Shown: positions 28,373 through 39,358, counted from the stretch's first letter. The stretch: 44,113 nucleotides of DNA from Dehalococcoidia bacterium (GCA_009692805.1 SHYM01000003.1:1-44113); one strand, 5' to 3'. Numbers and translations are program-made. The notes: generated from the letters alone by a model not told the origin.

Positions 28373-30097
28373 CTAACGACTTTTAGGGGCCAGCTTCTGG
28401 CGCTCCTCCTCTACCAGTACCCGTCGGAGCACCTTGCCGATGGCGCTCTTGGGCAACTCCTGGCGGAACTCCACCAGGGCAGGGACCTTGTAGCGGGCCA
28501 GCCTCTCGCGGCAAAAGGCTATGAGCTCCTCCTGGGTAGCGCTTTGTCCCTCCTTGAGGACAACCAGCGCCTTGAAGGTCTCGCCCCGGTACGGGTCGGG
28601 GACGCCGATGACGGCGGCCTCCTTTACCCTGGGATGCTCGAAGAGCACCTCCTCCACCTCCCGGGGGTAGATGTTGTAGCCACCAGCGATGATCATCTCT
28701 TTCTTGCGGTCGACGATGGTGAAGAAGCCATCGACGTCGACGGTGGCGATGTCGCCGGTGTATAGCCACCCGTCGCGCAGGGTTGCCGCCGTCTCCTCGG
28801 GGCGGTTCCAGTACCCTTTCATGACCTGCGGGCCGCGCAGCGCCAGCTCGCCCGGCTGGCCGGGAGCCGCGTCGCTCGCCCCCGTCTCCAGGTCCACGAT
28901 CCGGCACTCCACATCCGGGAAGGGGATGCCGATGGTGCCGTTCTTCCGCGTCCCGAAGATGGGGTTGGAGTGGGTGGCGCCCGCGGCCTCGCTGAGGCCG
29001 AATCCCTCGATCAGCCGGGCGCCGGTGAGGGCTTCGAACCGCTCGCGCACCTCCAGAGGCAGGGGCGCGCCACCGCTCAGGCAGACCCGGATGGAGCGCA
29101 GGTCGTAGCGGGCCGTTTTAGGGTGGTTATTGATCGCTACGTACATGGTGGGCACGCCATGGAAGTAGCTGGGCTTATACCTTCTTATCAGCTTTAAGAC
29201 GTCCTCGGTCTCAAACCGGGGGACGAGCACCAGGGTGTCGCCCAAGTGCATTCCCAGACAGAGGACCACCGCCATGCCATAAACGTGAAAGAAGGGCATC
29301 ACCGCCAAGAAGCGCTCCTGCCCCTCGCGTGCCGAGGGCAACCACGCTCTCAGCTGTGTCACCTCGGCCACCAAGTTACCATGGGTGAGCACCGCTGCCT
29401 TGGGCAGTCCCGTGGTGCCGCCTGTGTACTGAAAAAGGGCCACGTCGTCGGGCCCCACTCTCACGGACGGCGCTTTGGCGGGATAGCTCTGGAGGAGCCG
29501 GGGCAGAAGAAGCACGCCCTCGGAGCGGCCCAGCTCTACCCGCTCCCCCTCTTTCCTCTCCCGCAGCAGGCCGTACAGGAAGCGGCTGGGTTGGGGAAGA
29601 AATTCCTTGACGTTGGTGACGATGAGGTGCTGCAGCGCGCCTTGCCCCAGCATCCGGGCGACGGCGGGATAGAACCGGCGCAGGACAACCAGCGCCTTGG
29701 CCCCGGAGTCCTCCATGGTGTGTACCAGCTCGCGGGTGGCCTGCACTTTGGGGAGCGATGTGACGTAGAGGGGGTTAGCAGCCACCACCGTGGCGCCCGC
29801 TTTCAGGGCGCCGAAGTAGGCGATTAGGAACTGGGGCGAGTTGGGGAGTAGCAAGGCTACGCGGTCGCCCTTTTCGATACCCAGACCGATGAGGGCGTTG
29901 GCCATCCGGTTGGCGAGGCCGTCCAAGGCGCGGTAGGTCAGCCGGTAGCCGTCGCCCAAGCGCCCGGGGAAGATGGCGGCCGCATGCCTGGGGTAGCGGA
30001 GGGCTGCGTCTTCCAAGAACCGGTGCACGGGGATTCGAGGATACTCCAGCGTGGCTGGGATGCCTGGCTCGTAGTGTTGGAGCCACGGCTTCTCCAT
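28373..30097 (-). CDS. Long-chain fatty acid--CoA ligase
   Basis: QYTGGTTGLPK, EGFGLSEA, GWLYTGD, DRKKEMII, LPKSAIGK. Confidence 0.95.
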   Translation of the reverse strand: MEKPWLQHYEPGIPATLEYPRIPVHRFLEDAALRYPRHAAAIFPGRLGDGYRLTYRALDGLANRMANALIGLGIEKGDRVALLLPNSPQFLIAYFGALKAGATVVAANPLYVTSLPKVQATRELVHTMEDSGAKALVVLRRFYPAVARMLGQGALQHLIVTNVKEFLPQPSRFLYGLLRERKEGERVELGRSEGVLLLPRLLQSYPAKAPSVRVGPDDVALFQYTGGTTGLPKAAVLTHGNLVAEVTQLRAWLPSAREGQERFLAVMPFFHVYGMAVVLCLGMHLGDTLVLVPRFETEDVLKLIRRYKPSYFHGVPTMYVAINNHPKTARYDLRSIRVCLSGGAPLPLEVRERFEALTGARLIEGFGLSEAAGATHSNPIFGTRKNGTIGIPFPDVECRIVDLETGASDAAPGQPGELALRGPQVMKGYWNRPEETAATLRDGWLYTGDIATVDVDGFFTIVDRKKEMIIAGGYNIYPREVEEVLFEHPRVKEAAVIGVPDPYRGETFKALVVLKEGQSATQEELIAFCRERLARYKVPALVEFRQELPKSAIGKVLRRVLVEEERQKLAPKSR

Positions 30098-30160
30098 GTT
30101 CGTCTCCTCGGCGGTGAGCCTATTGTACCACCGCCTGGAGGCGATAAGGTGCGCTGCAAC

Positions 30161-30192
30161 AAAGAGGGGGAGCGATCCGTCGCTCCCCCTCC
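30161..30192 (-). terminator. Intrinsic terminator after rpsI
   Basis: GAGGGGGAGCGA/TCGCTCCCCCTC stem followed on the minus strand by TTTGTT. Confidence 0.75.
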
Positions 30193-30211
30193 TGTCCGCG
30201 TCTGGGGCGGG

Positions 30212-30613
30212 CTAGCGCTTGGTGTATTGGGGCGCCTTGCGGGCCCGTTTCAAGCCGTACTTCTTGCGCTCCTTCATCCTGGAGTCTCGCGTCAACAGGC
30301 CCTGCTTCTTGAGCTGGCCTCGGTATGTGGGGTCGGCCTCCAGCAGGGCGCGGGAGATGCCGTGGCTGATGGCTCCCGCCTGCCCGCTTACGCCTCCGCC
30401 GCTTACCTTCACCACGACATTGAACTTGTTTATCACGTTGGAAACACGCAGAGGATTGAGTATCTGGCTCTTGTGGATGGGACTGGGGAAGGCCACCGCC
30501 AGGGTCTTGCCATTGACGAGGATGGCGCCGTTGCCGGGCACCAGCCGTACCCGAGCCACCGCCGTCTTGCGCCGCCCCGTCCCGTAATAGTAGCTCTCGC
30601 CTTGGGTGGTCAC
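30212..30613 (-). CDS. rpsI: 30S ribosomal protein S9
   Basis: [32 protein letters not shown]. Confidence 0.99.
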   Translation of the reverse strand: MTTQGESYYYGTGRRKTAVARVRLVPGNGAILVNGKTLAVAFPSPIHKSQILNPLRVSNVINKFNVVVKVSGGGVSGQAGAISHGISRALLEADPTYRGQLKKQGLLTRDSRMKERKKYGLKRARKAPQYTKR

Positions 30614-30616
30614 TGC

Positions 30617-31081
30617 TTACTCCTTCCCTTGAGCGGGCCCCTGGGCGGGGCCCTTGCCGGCACGCACTTGGGCCTGGTGAGGATGAGACGCGTCAGGGAA
30701 GACCCGCAGGCGCCGGCGCAACTGTTTGCCCAGCTTGTTCTTGGGCAGCATCCCCCACACGGCGTGCTCCAGCGCGCGCTCCGGATGGTCCTGTAACACC
30801 TTCTCCAGCATGGTCACCCGTAGCCCTGACGGGTAGCCGCTGTAGCGGAAGTAGCGCTTATCGGTTAGCTTCCTCCCGGTAACGGCGATCTTGCGGGCGT
30901 TGACCACAACCACGTAGTCCCCCATCGGAAGGTGGGAGCTGAAGGTGGGCTTGTTCTTCCCTCGCAGGATGGCTGCGATGCTGCTGGCCAGCCGCCCTAG
31001 GACCTGCCCCTCGGCGTTGATGAGCTGCCATTGAGGCGCCAGGTCCGCCTTCTTCAGCGTGTAAGTCTTAAACATACTCAT
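30617..31081 (-). CDS. rplM: 50S ribosomal protein L13
   Basis: LGRLAS..LRGKNKP, GDYVVVVNA, GMLPKNKLG. Confidence 0.99.
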   Translation of the reverse strand: MSMFKTYTLKKADLAPQWQLINAEGQVLGRLASSIAAILRGKNKPTFSSHLPMGDYVVVVNARKIAVTGRKLTDKRYFRYSGYPSGLRVTMLEKVLQDHPERALEHAVWGMLPKNKLGKQLRRRLRVFPDASHPHQAQVRAGKGPAQGPAQGKE

Positions 31082-31096
31082 GCTGTCCTCTGTCGG

Positions 31097-31939
31097 TCAA
31101 CGGGTTACGCCCGCGGCCACCGCTAACTTCTCGTGCTGGACCCCAGCCTCGTCGCCGCAGCCAGACGGCGGGGCTGGGCGGTAGGTCACCTGCATCAAAT
31201 AGAGACCGAAGGCCGGTGCCGCCGGGCCGGCTTGGCCAACCCCCTCGCCTCGGCAGAGGGAGCCGAACTCCCGCACCGTCATCTGGCCCCGGCCGACCTG
31301 GACCAGGGTGCCCACGGTGCGGCGCACCTGTTGGGCCAGGAAGGCATCGCCCTCCAGCTCCACCGGCACCAAATCCCCCTCCCGCCAGGCTTGAGCGCGG
31401 TAGATGGTGCGCAGGGTGTTCCGGCCCCTCTTGGCTGAGGCGCTGACGAAGGGGCCCACATCTCGCCGCCCCACCTGGCATTGTAGGGCGTCATCCATGA
31501 GGCCCACGTCCAGGGGCGCTGGCACATGGTAGGCCCGCCGCCACCACAGAGGCGAGCGCTGGGGCGTATTCACGATCATATACCTGTACCGGCGCCGCGT
31601 GGGCGCCCGCCGGACGTCGAAATCAGAGGGGGCCCACCACGCCTCTTGGACGGCTATGCTCTCCGGTAGATAGTAGTTCAGTCCCGTCACCAGGCGTCCC
31701 TCACCCAACCGCGAAGTTAGCACCGCGCTGGCCACCTGCCCCTGAGCGTGGGCGCCCGCGTCCGTCCGGCTAGCGAAAGCAAGGCGGGGCTCCTCGCCGG
31801 TGAGCTGATAGAGCGCCCGCGCCAACTCGCCGTGAATGGTGGGTTGGCCGCGTTGGACCTGGGACCCCCGGTACGCCGTGCCCTCGTATGCCAGCACCAT
31901 CACCAACCGCCGGGCCTCCCCCTCCTCGCCCTCGGTCAT
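31097..31939 (-). CDS. truA: tRNA pseudouridine(38-40) synthase
   Basis: [36 protein letters not shown]. Confidence 0.95.
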   Translation of the reverse strand: MTEGEEGEARRLVMVLAYEGTAYRGSQVQRGQPTIHGELARALYQLTGEEPRLAFASRTDAGAHAQGQVASAVLTSRLGEGRLVTGLNYYLPESIAVQEAWWAPSDFDVRRAPTRRRYRYMIVNTPQRSPLWWRRAYHVPAPLDVGLMDDALQCQVGRRDVGPFVSASAKRGRNTLRTIYRAQAWREGDLVPVELEGDAFLAQQVRRTVGTLVQVGRGQMTVREFGSLCRGEGVGQAGPAAPAFGLYLMQVTYRPAPPSGCGDEAGVQHEKLAVAAGVTR

Positions 31940-32325
31940 CGCGCCGCCGGGGGCTCCTCCTTGGTCGGGGGCGCGGGCAGCAGCTCGATCTGGGCGATGC
32001 GGGCGGCGTCGCCCTTGCGCGGGCCCAGGTGAACAATCCTGGTATAGCCACCCATTCGATCGCGGTAGCGCGGGGCTAGGTCGTGAAAGACCTTGTCCAC
32101 CACTCCTTTGTCGTACAGGAACGCCAGCGCCCGGCGGCGGGCGGCCAGGTCGCCTCGCTTGCCCAGGGTGATCATCCCCTCGGCGAAGCCCCTGATCTCC
32201 TTGGCCTTGGCCTCGGTAGTCACGATGCGCTCGTGGCGCAGCAGGCTGGTCACGAGGCTGCGGTAGAGGGCCAAGCGCTGAGCGGTAGGGCGGTCCAGCC
32301 GACGCCCGGCGACTCTATGTCTCAT
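31936..32325 (-). CDS. rplQ: 50S ribosomal protein L17
   Basis: [19 protein letters not shown]-like motif, GGYTRI..GPRKGD. Confidence 0.98.
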   Translation of the reverse strand: MRHRVAGRRLDRPTAQRLALYRSLVTSLLRHERIVTTEAKAKEIRGFAEGMITLGKRGDLAARRRALAFLYDKGVVDKVFHDLAPRYRDRMGGYTRIVHLGPRKGDAARIAQIELLPAPPTKEEPPAAR

Positions 32326-33334
32326 CGGGCTCCTCCGCGGCCTCTGCCGCCTCTTCACCGGCGGCGCCGGCGCCTGCCTCCTCCCGCTCTTCCGAGACCA
32401 GGCCCCGGTCCTTCAGCTTGCTCCAGAGCTCCTCGTACGACTTCTGGCCGAAGTTGCGAATGGCCAGCAGCTCCGCCTTACTCTTCTCCAGGAGCTGTCC
32501 CAGGGTATTGATGCCCGAGCGCTTGAGGCAGTTGAACGTCCGCACCGAGAGTTCGAGCTGCTCCACGGGCAGCCCGAACTGCTCTGGCAAAATGGGGACC
32601 CCGCCCAGGAAGACTTTTTCTATGGCCTTCCCCTGGGGCCGGCCCAACTCGCCGAAGATGGAGAAGTGTTTGACCAGGAGCTGGGCGCTGCGGAGGACGG
32701 CCTGGGTGGGGGTGATGGTGCCGTCGGTCCACACCTCCAGGGTCAGGCGGTCATAGCTGGTCACCTGGCCAACGCGGGTCGGCGACACCTTGTAGCTTAC
32801 CTTGCGGACGGGGGTGAAGATGGCGTCCACCGGGATGACCCCGATGGGCTGGCCATCGGCGTGGCTGGCGGGCACATAGCCCGTCCCGCGCTCCACCGTG
32901 AAATCCACCGCCAGCCGGGCCTCGGACGATCCCAGGGTAGCCAGGTGGAGATCCGGGTTCACCACCTCGTAATCCGCGGAGGGCTCCACATCGCCGGCTA
33001 CCACCTCGCCCTCGCCCGACACTTCCATGTGGAGAGTCCCCGGCCGCTCGCTATGGTACCGCAGCCGGATGGCTTTGATGTTCAGGAGGAAGTCGGTGGT
33101 GTCCTCCTTAACATGGGGGATGGTGGAAAACTCGTGCTGCACCCCGATAATGCGGACCGAGGTTATGGCGGCGCCGGGCAGGGAGCCCAGTAGCACCCGG
33201 CGCATGGCGTTGCCCACGGTGAGGCCGAAGCCACGCTCCAGGGGCTCGACTACGAAGGTAGCGTAGTTCTCGTGGGACTCCACGCATTCGACTTTGGGGC
33301 TGATCTCTTGGGCTAAGACAATCTCCTGGGTCAA
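32315..33334 (-). CDS. rpoA: RNA polymerase alpha subunit
   Basis: [39 protein letters not shown]. Confidence 0.99.
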   Translation of the reverse strand: MTQEIVLAQEISPKVECVESHENYATFVVEPLERGFGLTVGNAMRRVLLGSLPGAAITSVRIIGVQHEFSTIPHVKEDTTDFLLNIKAIRLRYHSERPGTLHMEVSGEGEVVAGDVEPSADYEVVNPDLHLATLGSSEARLAVDFTVERGTGYVPASHADGQPIGVIPVDAIFTPVRKVSYKVSPTRVGQVTSYDRLTLEVWTDGTITPTQAVLRSAQLLVKHFSIFGELGRPQGKAIEKVFLGGVPILPEQFGLPVEQLELSVRTFNCLKRSGINTLGQLLEKSKAELLAIRNFGQKSYEELWSKLKDRGLVSEEREEAGAGAAGEEAAEAAEEPDET

Positions 33335-33354
33335 GTCGTATGGACCTCCTGCTG

Positions 33355-33987
33355 TTAGCGGGAGTAGTAGGCGACGATGGCCTGATCGTTGATCTTGGAG
33401 GCGATCTCATCGCGCCCGGGCAGCTTCAGCACCTTGCCGGTGAGGCGCTGCAAGTCCAGGCTCAACCAAGCTGGTATCTGCTTGCTCTTGGCCTCTCGGG
33501 CTATCTGCTTGTAGTGCTCCAGCTTGGTGCTGCCTTCTTTCCAGGCGATGACGTCGCCGACCTTGACTGAGCGAGATGGGATATCGCACTTGCGCTCGTT
33601 GACGGTGAAGAACCCGTGGCTGACTAGCTGCCGCGCCTGGGGGCGGGAGTCGGCGAAGCCGAGCCGGAAGACCACGTTGTCCAACCTGCGCTCCAGCAGC
33701 TCGAGCATCAGCTCTCCGGTGATCCCGGGCTTGCGGAGGGCCTCGGCGAAGTAGTTGCGGAACTGCCGCTCCAAGACGCCGTAGGAGAAGCGCGCCTTCT
33801 GTTTCTCCTTCAGCTGAAGGCCGCGTTCTGATACCCTGCGACGCCTCCGGCTGCCGCCATGATCCCCGGGAGGGGTCCCGCGGCGGTCCACCGCGCACTT
33901 GGGGGTGAAGCAGCGGTCGCCCTTGAGGAAGAGCTTTTCACCCACTCGGCGACAGAGGCGACATTCAGGACCGATGTAGCGAGCCAT
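33355..33987 (-). CDS. rpsD: 30S ribosomal protein S4
   Basis: [26 protein letters not shown]. Confidence 0.99.
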   Translation of the reverse strand: MARYIGPECRLCRRVGEKLFLKGDRCFTPKCAVDRRGTPPGDHGGSRRRRRVSERGLQLKEKQKARFSYGVLERQFRNYFAEALRKPGITGELMLELLERRLDNVVFRLGFADSRPQARQLVSHGFFTVNERKCDIPSRSVKVGDVIAWKEGSTKLEHYKQIAREAKSKQIPAWLSLDLQRLTGKVLKLPGRDEIASKINDQAIVAYYSR

Positions 33988-34060
33988 TGGTTCTCCTCAC
34001 TGGGGCCGGCGGGTGTCCCGCCGGCGATAAGGGTCGATCGTATCAATCACCCGGCGGCCA

Positions 34061-34450
34061 CTACACCCGGCGCCGCTTGCGCGGGCGGCAGCCGTTGTGG
34101 GGTATGGGGGTGACATCGCGGATGCTGTTGACGAAGAGCCCGGCGGACTGCAAGGCGCGGATGGCGGCCTCCCGTCCGCTGCCTGGCCCTTTGACAAACA
34201 CGTCCACGTTACGCATGCCCTGCTCCTGAGCGCGCCGGCCGGCGGTCTCCCCGGCCATCTGCGCGGCATAGGGAGTGCCCTTGCGCGACCCTTTGAAGCC
34301 CGCCGCCCCGGCGCTGCCCCAGGCGACGACGTTGCCCAGAGGATCGGTCAGCGTCACCAGGGTGTTGTTGAACGTGGACTGCACATAAGCCCGCCCCGAA
34401 GGGATAGACTTTTTTTCACGACGCTTGGTCTTGCCTGCTCGCTTCGCCAT
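34061..34450 (-). CDS. rpsK: 30S ribosomal protein S11
   Basis: [18 protein letters not shown]. Confidence 0.99.
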   Translation of the reverse strand: MAKRAGKTKRREKKSIPSGRAYVQSTFNNTLVTLTDPLGNVVAWGSAGAAGFKGSRKGTPYAAQMAGETAGRRAQEQGMRNVDVFVKGPGSGREAAIRALQSAGLFVNSIRDVTPIPHNGCRPRKRRRV

Positions 34451-34493
34451 CCTCGCTCCTCAAGCCGGGGTCTGGCCCCAGCCCTCGTGCCCC

Positions 34494-34877
34494 TTACTTC
34501 TTGGCCGCCACTCGGCGCCTTCCGGCCACGGTCTTGCGGACCCCCTTCTTGGTGCGGGCGTTGGTGCGCGTGCGTTGCCCACGCGAGGGCAAGCCCCGCC
34601 GGTGGCGGACCCCACGGTAGCAGCCGATGTCGATGAGTCTCTTGATGTTCTGGCCGATCTCACGGCGCAGGTCGCCCTCCACCCGGTACTCGCGGTCGAT
34701 AATCCCCCGCATGCGGGCGACCTCGTCCTCTGTCAGGTCCCGGACTCGCTTATCGGGATCGACACGCGCCTGGTACAGTATAGCCCTGCCGTTGGAGGCG
34801 CCGATGCCGAAGATGTAGCGGATCCCCACGTCCACGCGCTTGTTGTTGGGGAGGTCGACCCCGCCGATCCTTGCCAT
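34494..34877 (-). CDS. rpsM: 30S ribosomal protein S13
   Basis: [21 protein letters not shown]. Confidence 0.99.
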   Translation of the reverse strand: MARIGGVDLPNNKRVDVGIRYIFGIGASNGRAILYQARVDPDKRVRDLTEDEVARMRGIIDREYRVEGDLRREIGQNIKRLIDIGCYRGVRHRRGLPSRGQRTRTNARTKKGVRKTVAGRRRVAAKK

Positions 34878-34886
34878 AGCTCTCTC

Positions 34887-35000
34887 CTAACCCTGGCGCT
34901 GCTTGTGCTTGGGGTTTTCGCAGATCACCCGCACCACGCCCTCGCGGCGGATGACCTTGCACTTTTCACAGCGTGGCTTCACCGCCGCGCGCACCTTCAT
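34887..35000 (-). CDS. rpmJ: 50S ribosomal protein L36 (missing from ORF track)
   Basis: Hand translation [37 protein letters not shown]. Confidence 0.98.
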   Translation of the reverse strand: MKVRAAVKPRCEKCKVIRREGVVRVICENPKHKQRQG

Positions 35001-35038
35001 GCCAGGGACCTCTTTCAGCCGCCCGACTCGGGCCGGCG

Positions 35039-35257
35039 TTACTTGAACCGATAGGTGATACGCCCTCGGGCTAGGTCGTAGGGGGACAGCTCGACCAGGA
35101 CCCGGTCGCCGAGCAATATCTTGATGAAATTCTGCCGCATCTTCCCGGAGACGTGGGCTAACACCCGATGCCCGTTGGCCAGCTCTATCCGGAACATGGC
35201 GTTGGGCAGGGGCTCCGTCACCTTCCCCTCCACCTCGATAGAGTCTTTTTTAGGCAT
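35039..35257 (-). CDS. infA: Translation initiation factor IF-1
   Basis: [29 protein letters not shown]; GAGGTG RBS. Confidence 0.99.
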   Translation of the reverse strand: MPKKDSIEVEGKVTEPLPNAMFRIELANGHRVLAHVSGKMRQNFIKILLGDRVLVELSPYDLARGRITYRFK

Positions 35258-35293
35258 ATACCTCACCTCTGCGGGAGTCGGCACCAAAGCTAC

Positions 35294-35302
35294 ATGTTAA
35301 CA
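35294..35302 (-). promoter_or_regulatory. Possible internal extended -10 promoter (TGtTAACAT) for infA-rpmJ-alpha genes
   Basis: Motif in the map-infA gap, about 36 nt upstream of infA. Confidence 0.4.
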
Positions 35303-35306
35303 CGCC

Positions 35307-36125
35307 TTAGGCGCTACTGCCACGGGAGACCCCGCTGGACAGCCCCCACGCGTGCGCCCAGATGTCCTCGGTGCCGACCAGCTTGGTCAGCACCTCCGCG
35401 TGGTCTTGGTGGATGGCGATGGTGTGCTCGAAGTGGGCCGAGAGGCTGCCGTCAGCAGTGGAGACGGTCCACTGGTCGGCCCCCACCGTGGTGTGCCAGT
35501 CGCCCAGGTTCACCATGGGCTCGATCGCCAGGCACATGCCCGGCACCAGCCGCAGCCCGCGTCCGGGGACGCCGTAGTTGGGGACTTGGGGCTCCTCGTG
35601 CATCTGGCGGCCGATGCCGTGCCCCACGTACTCGCGCACCACGGAGTAGCCCCGGGACTCCACGTGCTCCTGGATGGCGGCGCCGATATCGCCCAGGCGG
35701 GCGCCGGCGCGGGCCCGCTGAATGCCCACCTCTAGGGAGCCCCGTGTCACTTCTATGAGCTGCCGCGCCTCCTGGCTAATCTTGCCCAGGCCCACGGTGA
35801 CGGCCCCGTCGCCCTGCCAGCCCTGGTAGATGGCGCCCACGTCCAGAGAGACGACGTCTCCCTCCCTCAGCACCCGCTCGCCAGGGATACCGTGGACGAT
35901 CTCCTCGTTGACGCTGACGCAGATGCTGGCGGGGTATCCCTTATAGCCCAGGAAAGACGGCGTAGCGCCGCGGCTGCGTATCTCCCGCTCGGCGATGTCG
36001 TCCAGCTCAGCGGTGCGCATCCCCGGCCGCAGGGAGCTGACGAGGGTGGCGATGGTGGCGGCCACGACCTGGCCCGCCTGACGCATTAGCGCCAGCTCCT
36101 CCGGCGACTTGATAGTGATAGCCAT
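35307..36125 (-). CDS. map: Methionine aminopeptidase type I
   Basis: SVNEEIVHGIP, GHGIGRQMHEEP, AIEPMV, SAHFEHT. Confidence 0.98.
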   Translation of the reverse strand: MAITIKSPEELALMRQAGQVVAATIATLVSSLRPGMRTAELDDIAEREIRSRGATPSFLGYKGYPASICVSVNEEIVHGIPGERVLREGDVVSLDVGAIYQGWQGDGAVTVGLGKISQEARQLIEVTRGSLEVGIQRARAGARLGDIGAAIQEHVESRGYSVVREYVGHGIGRQMHEEPQVPNYGVPGRGLRLVPGMCLAIEPMVNLGDWHTTVGADQWTVSTADGSLSAHFEHTIAIHQDHAEVLTKLVGTEDIWAHAWGLSSGVSRGSSA

Positions 36126-36128
36126 CGC

Positions 36129-36806
36129 CTAGCCCTTCCTCGCGGCGGGTCGCGCCGGGGAGCCATGGCCTAGGGCGTGGAGCAGTCGCTGCCTGACTTC
36201 CTGGACACTCCCCTCGCCCTCCACGGTAAAGAGCTTGTGAGCGCCCCGGTAATAGTCAACCAGCGGGACGGTCTGCTGGGAATAGACCTCCAGGCGCCGG
36301 CGGGCCGTATCCCGGGAGTCGTCGGACCGCTGGTAGAGCTCGCCCCCGTCCTGGTCGCAGCGGCCAGCCACCCGAGGCGACGCGGTGACCTCGTGGTAGA
36401 GGGTCTGGCAGAGACGGCAGACCCAGCGGCCGCCCAGGCGCCGCAGCAGCTCCTCCTCCGAGACCTGGATGTACAGCGCCTTGTCCACCCCCTCGCCGCG
36501 CGGGGCCAGGGCTGCGTCCAGGGCCTGGGCCTGGGCCAGGGTGCGAGGGAACCCGTCCAGGATATAGCCCTGGGAGCAATCGGCCTGGGCGATACGGTCC
36601 AGGAGCATCCTTATGGTTATCGCGTCTGGCACCAGCTCGCCCTTCTCCATGTACCCCCGGGCCAGCTTCCCCAGCTCGCTGCCCCTGGCTTGGTGCTCCC
36701 GGAACAGGTCGCCGGTGGCCACATGGGGCGCCTGGAGCTCGTCGGCCAGGGCCTTGGCCTGAGTGCCCTTCCCGGAGCCCGGGGCACCGAGGAGGATGAT
36801 GCGCAG
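36129..36806 (-). CDS. adk: Adenylate kinase (probable CTG start)
   Basis: Frame stays open upstream of the track ORF: (CTG)RIILLGAPGSGKGTQA..HVATGDLFR, LDGFPRT, LID CRLC..CDQD. Confidence 0.95.
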   Translation of the reverse strand: MRIILLGAPGSGKGTQAKALADELQAPHVATGDLFREHQARGSELGKLARGYMEKGELVPDAITIRMLLDRIAQADCSQGYILDGFPRTLAQAQALDAALAPRGEGVDKALYIQVSEEELLRRLGGRWVCRLCQTLYHEVTASPRVAGRCDQDGGELYQRSDDSRDTARRRLEVYSQQTVPLVDYYRGAHKLFTVEGEGSVQEVRQRLLHALGHGSPARPAARKG

Positions 36807-36820
36807 GGACGTCCCCGCCC

Positions 36821-38149
36821 CTATTTCAGGAATCCTTCGTAGTTGCGCATGAGCAGCTGGGCCTCCAGCTGGCGCATGCTGTCCAGCACCACGCCCACCA
36901 CAATCAGGAGCGCGGTGCTGCTGATGGCCTGGGCCCCAGCGCTCAAGCCGGCGCCGGGCAATAACAGCCCTATCAGATAGGGGGCGACGGCCACCAAGCC
37001 CAGGAACACGGCGCCGGCCCAGGTGATGCGGGTGATGACGCGGAGCAGGTAGTCCTGGGTCGGTTTCCCTGGTCGGATGCCGGGTACAAACCCCCCCTGC
37101 TTTTGCAGAGTATCAGCCAGGTTCTGCTGTTGGAAGATTACCATGGTATAGAAGAAGGTAAACGCCACCACCATGAAGAAGTACAGCGCCCAGTAGAGCC
37201 AGTTGGTGACGCTGAACAGGTCCCTGATGGTGTTGGCCAAGGAGGAGCCGGGGAAGTAGCTGGCCACGGTGAAGGGCAGGATCAGGATGGAGATGGCGAA
37301 GATGAGGGGGATCATACCGGCGGAGTTGACCCGCAGGGGGATGAAGCTGGAGCCAGCCTGGCGGTACATGCGCCCCCCTCGAAAGAGGCTGCGGGAGTAC
37401 TGGACCGGCACCCGCCGCACCGCCTCCTGGAAGAAGACGATGGCGAAGACCAGCAAGACAGCCACACCGCCCACGGTAAGGATCCTGAAGACTGGGTTTC
37501 CCGACAGGAAGGAGCCGCCCACCACCGTGGGTATGCTGGCTACAATGCCGCCGAAGATGATGATGGAGACGCCGTTGCCAATGCCGTTTTCGGTGATGAG
37601 CTCACCGAGCCATACCAGGAAGAGGGTGCCCGCCGTCATCGCCACCAGCATCGCCAGGGTGGGCAGCAGGTTGGGGCCGCTGAAGCCGAAGTTGCTGATG
37701 GCGCCCTGGTTCTGGAGCAGCACCAGCTGGCCGTAGCCCTGGCCGAAGGCCAGCGGCACCGTGAGCCAGTGGGTGTAGCGATTGAGCCGCAGGCGGCCCT
37801 GCTCTCCCTCTTTGGATATCTCCTGGAGCTTGGGTATCACGGGCACCAGCAGCTGGAGGACGATGGAGGCGGTGATGTAGGGATACACGCCCAATGAGGC
37901 TATGCTGAGGTTCTGCAGGGCGCCGCCGCTGAACAGGCTCAGGGTGCCCAGGAGGACATTGTTCTGAAAGATCCGGTCCAGCTGGTCGAAATCCACTCCC
38001 GGCACCGGCACGTGGGCCACGAAGCGGAACACCACCAGGAGCCCGAAGGTGAAGAGCAGCTTCCGGCGCAGGTCCGGCTGCCTGAATGAATCTATGACCG
38101 CCTGGAGCAGCTTAGGCCGGGTGGCTTCCGCTGCCGTTGCTTGACGCAT
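36821..38149 (-). CDS. secY: Preprotein translocase SecY
   Basis: LGVYPYITASI, WLGELITENGIGNG, FVPGIRPG. Confidence 0.99.
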   Translation of the reverse strand: MRQATAAEATRPKLLQAVIDSFRQPDLRRKLLFTFGLLVVFRFVAHVPVPGVDFDQLDRIFQNNVLLGTLSLFSGGALQNLSIASLGVYPYITASIVLQLLVPVIPKLQEISKEGEQGRLRLNRYTHWLTVPLAFGQGYGQLVLLQNQGAISNFGFSGPNLLPTLAMLVAMTAGTLFLVWLGELITENGIGNGVSIIIFGGIVASIPTVVGGSFLSGNPVFRILTVGGVAVLLVFAIVFFQEAVRRVPVQYSRSLFRGGRMYRQAGSSFIPLRVNSAGMIPLIFAISILILPFTVASYFPGSSLANTIRDLFSVTNWLYWALYFFMVVAFTFFYTMVIFQQQNLADTLQKQGGFVPGIRPGKPTQDYLLRVITRITWAGAVFLGLVAVAPYLIGLLLPGAGLSAGAQAISSTALLIVVGVVLDSMRQLEAQLLMRNYEGFLK

Positions 38150-38591
38150 CCTTCAACTCTTCTACTCTGCCTCCCGCCGCCTCGATCTTGGCCCTCGCGG
38201 ACTGGGAGAAGCGATGGGCCTTCACCACCACGGGATGGGACAGGTCGCCCTGCCCCAACACCTTCACGGGCAGATTTCGTCGGATAAGGCGGGCGGCCCG
38301 CAGCACGGCCAGGGTCACATCGGTGCCCGCCGGGAAACGGTCTAGCTGCCCCACGTTGACCACCTCGTACTCCACCCGAAACGGGTTGCTGAAGCCCCGC
38401 CGGAAGGGTAGCCGGTGGACGATGGTCGTCTGGCCGCCCTCGAAGGTGCCGCCCTTGGCCCCGCCGCTGCGGGACTTTTGGCCTTTAAGGCCGCGGCCGC
38501 TATAGGTGCCGCGCCCGCTGCCGTCGCCGCGGCCGACGCGACGGCGCCGATGGTGGGAGCCGGGGGCAGGGCTTAGCTGGTCTTGTCTCAT
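38112..38591 (-). CDS. rplO: 50S ribosomal protein L15
   Basis: RVGRGDGSGRG, FEGGQT, KIEAAGG. Confidence 0.98.
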   Translation of the reverse strand: MRQDQLSPAPGSHHRRRRVGRGDGSGRGTYSGRGLKGQKSRSGGAKGGTFEGGQTTIVHRLPFRRGFSNPFRVEYEVVNVGQLDRFPAGTDVTLAVLRAARLIRRNLPVKVLGQGDLSHPVVVKAHRFSQSARAKIEAAGGRVEELKDASSNGSGSHPA

Positions 38592-38791
38592 GCCAACTCC
38601 GTCGAACTGTCCGCTAGCTCTTCCACCCGCACCAGGTGGCGGACCTTCACCACCGTACCTCGTACCACGGGGTTATCGGGCAGCTGAACCGTTTGCTGGA
38701 GCCGGCGTAGCCCCAGGGAGCGTACCGCGGCCCGCTGGTCCCGGGGATACCCGATGCCGCTGCGGGTCCAGGTGATGCGCAGCTGGCCCAT
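38588..38791 (-). CDS. rpmD: 50S ribosomal protein L30
   Basis: LRITWTRSGIG, SLGLRR, KVRHLV. Confidence 0.97.
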   Translation of the reverse strand: MGQLRITWTRSGIGYPRDQRAAVRSLGLRRLQQTVQLPDNPVVRGTVVKVRHLVRVEELADSSTELA

Positions 38792-39358
38792 CTAGCGCGC
38801 CCCTGGATTCGTCGGCGCCTCGGCTGGGGGCTTGATCAGGGCCTCCGCGGGGGCAGAGGGCCTGGCCTTGCGCCGCGCCGCCAGTAACACCGGGTCTTGC
38901 AGCTGGCTCAGCGCCTTCATGGTGCAGTGGACCACATTGGCCGCGTTGGAGCTGCCCAAAGACTTACTGACGATGTCGCGAATGCCGACCAGCTCGACCA
39001 CCGCGCGGACACCGCCGCCCGCTATGACGCCGGTACCGGGCTTGGCTGGCTTCAGCAGCACCCGGGCCGCGCCGAAGGTGGTCATCACCTGGTGATGGAT
39101 GGTGTGGCCTTTCAGCGTTACCGGCATCATGTGTTTCTTGGCCTTGGCGGTGGCCTTGCGGATCGCCTCGGGCACCTCACGCGCCTTGCCCAGGGCCGCT
39201 CCCACGTGCCCTTGGCCATCGCCCACCACGACCATAGCGGTGAAGCTGAACCGGCGGCCGCCCTTCACTACCTTGGCGACCCGGTTTATGAATACTACCT
39301 TGTCTTGCAGGGTCAGGTCCTGGGGCTCCGCTCGCTGACGTGGCTGGCGGGATTGCAT
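38792..39358 (-). CDS. rpsE: 30S ribosomal protein S5
   Basis: [24 protein letters not shown]. Confidence 0.99.
   Translation of the reverse strand: MQSRQPRQRAEPQDLTLQDKVVFINRVAKVVKGGRRFSFTAMVVVGDGQGHVGAALGKAREVPEAIRKATAKAKKHMMPVTLKGHTIHHQVMTTFGAARVLLKPAKPGTGVIAGGGVRAVVELVGIRDIVSKSLGSSNAANVVHCTMKALSQLQDPVLLAARRKARPSAPAEALIKPPAEAPTNPGAR

Noticed and set aside
36129-36722. adk as a 5'-truncated pseudogene
   Set aside because: Frame is open and conserved up to CTG at 36806.
38112-38149. 38-nt rplO/secY overlap
   Set aside because: Short overlaps at this junction are ordinary; no sign of recoding.
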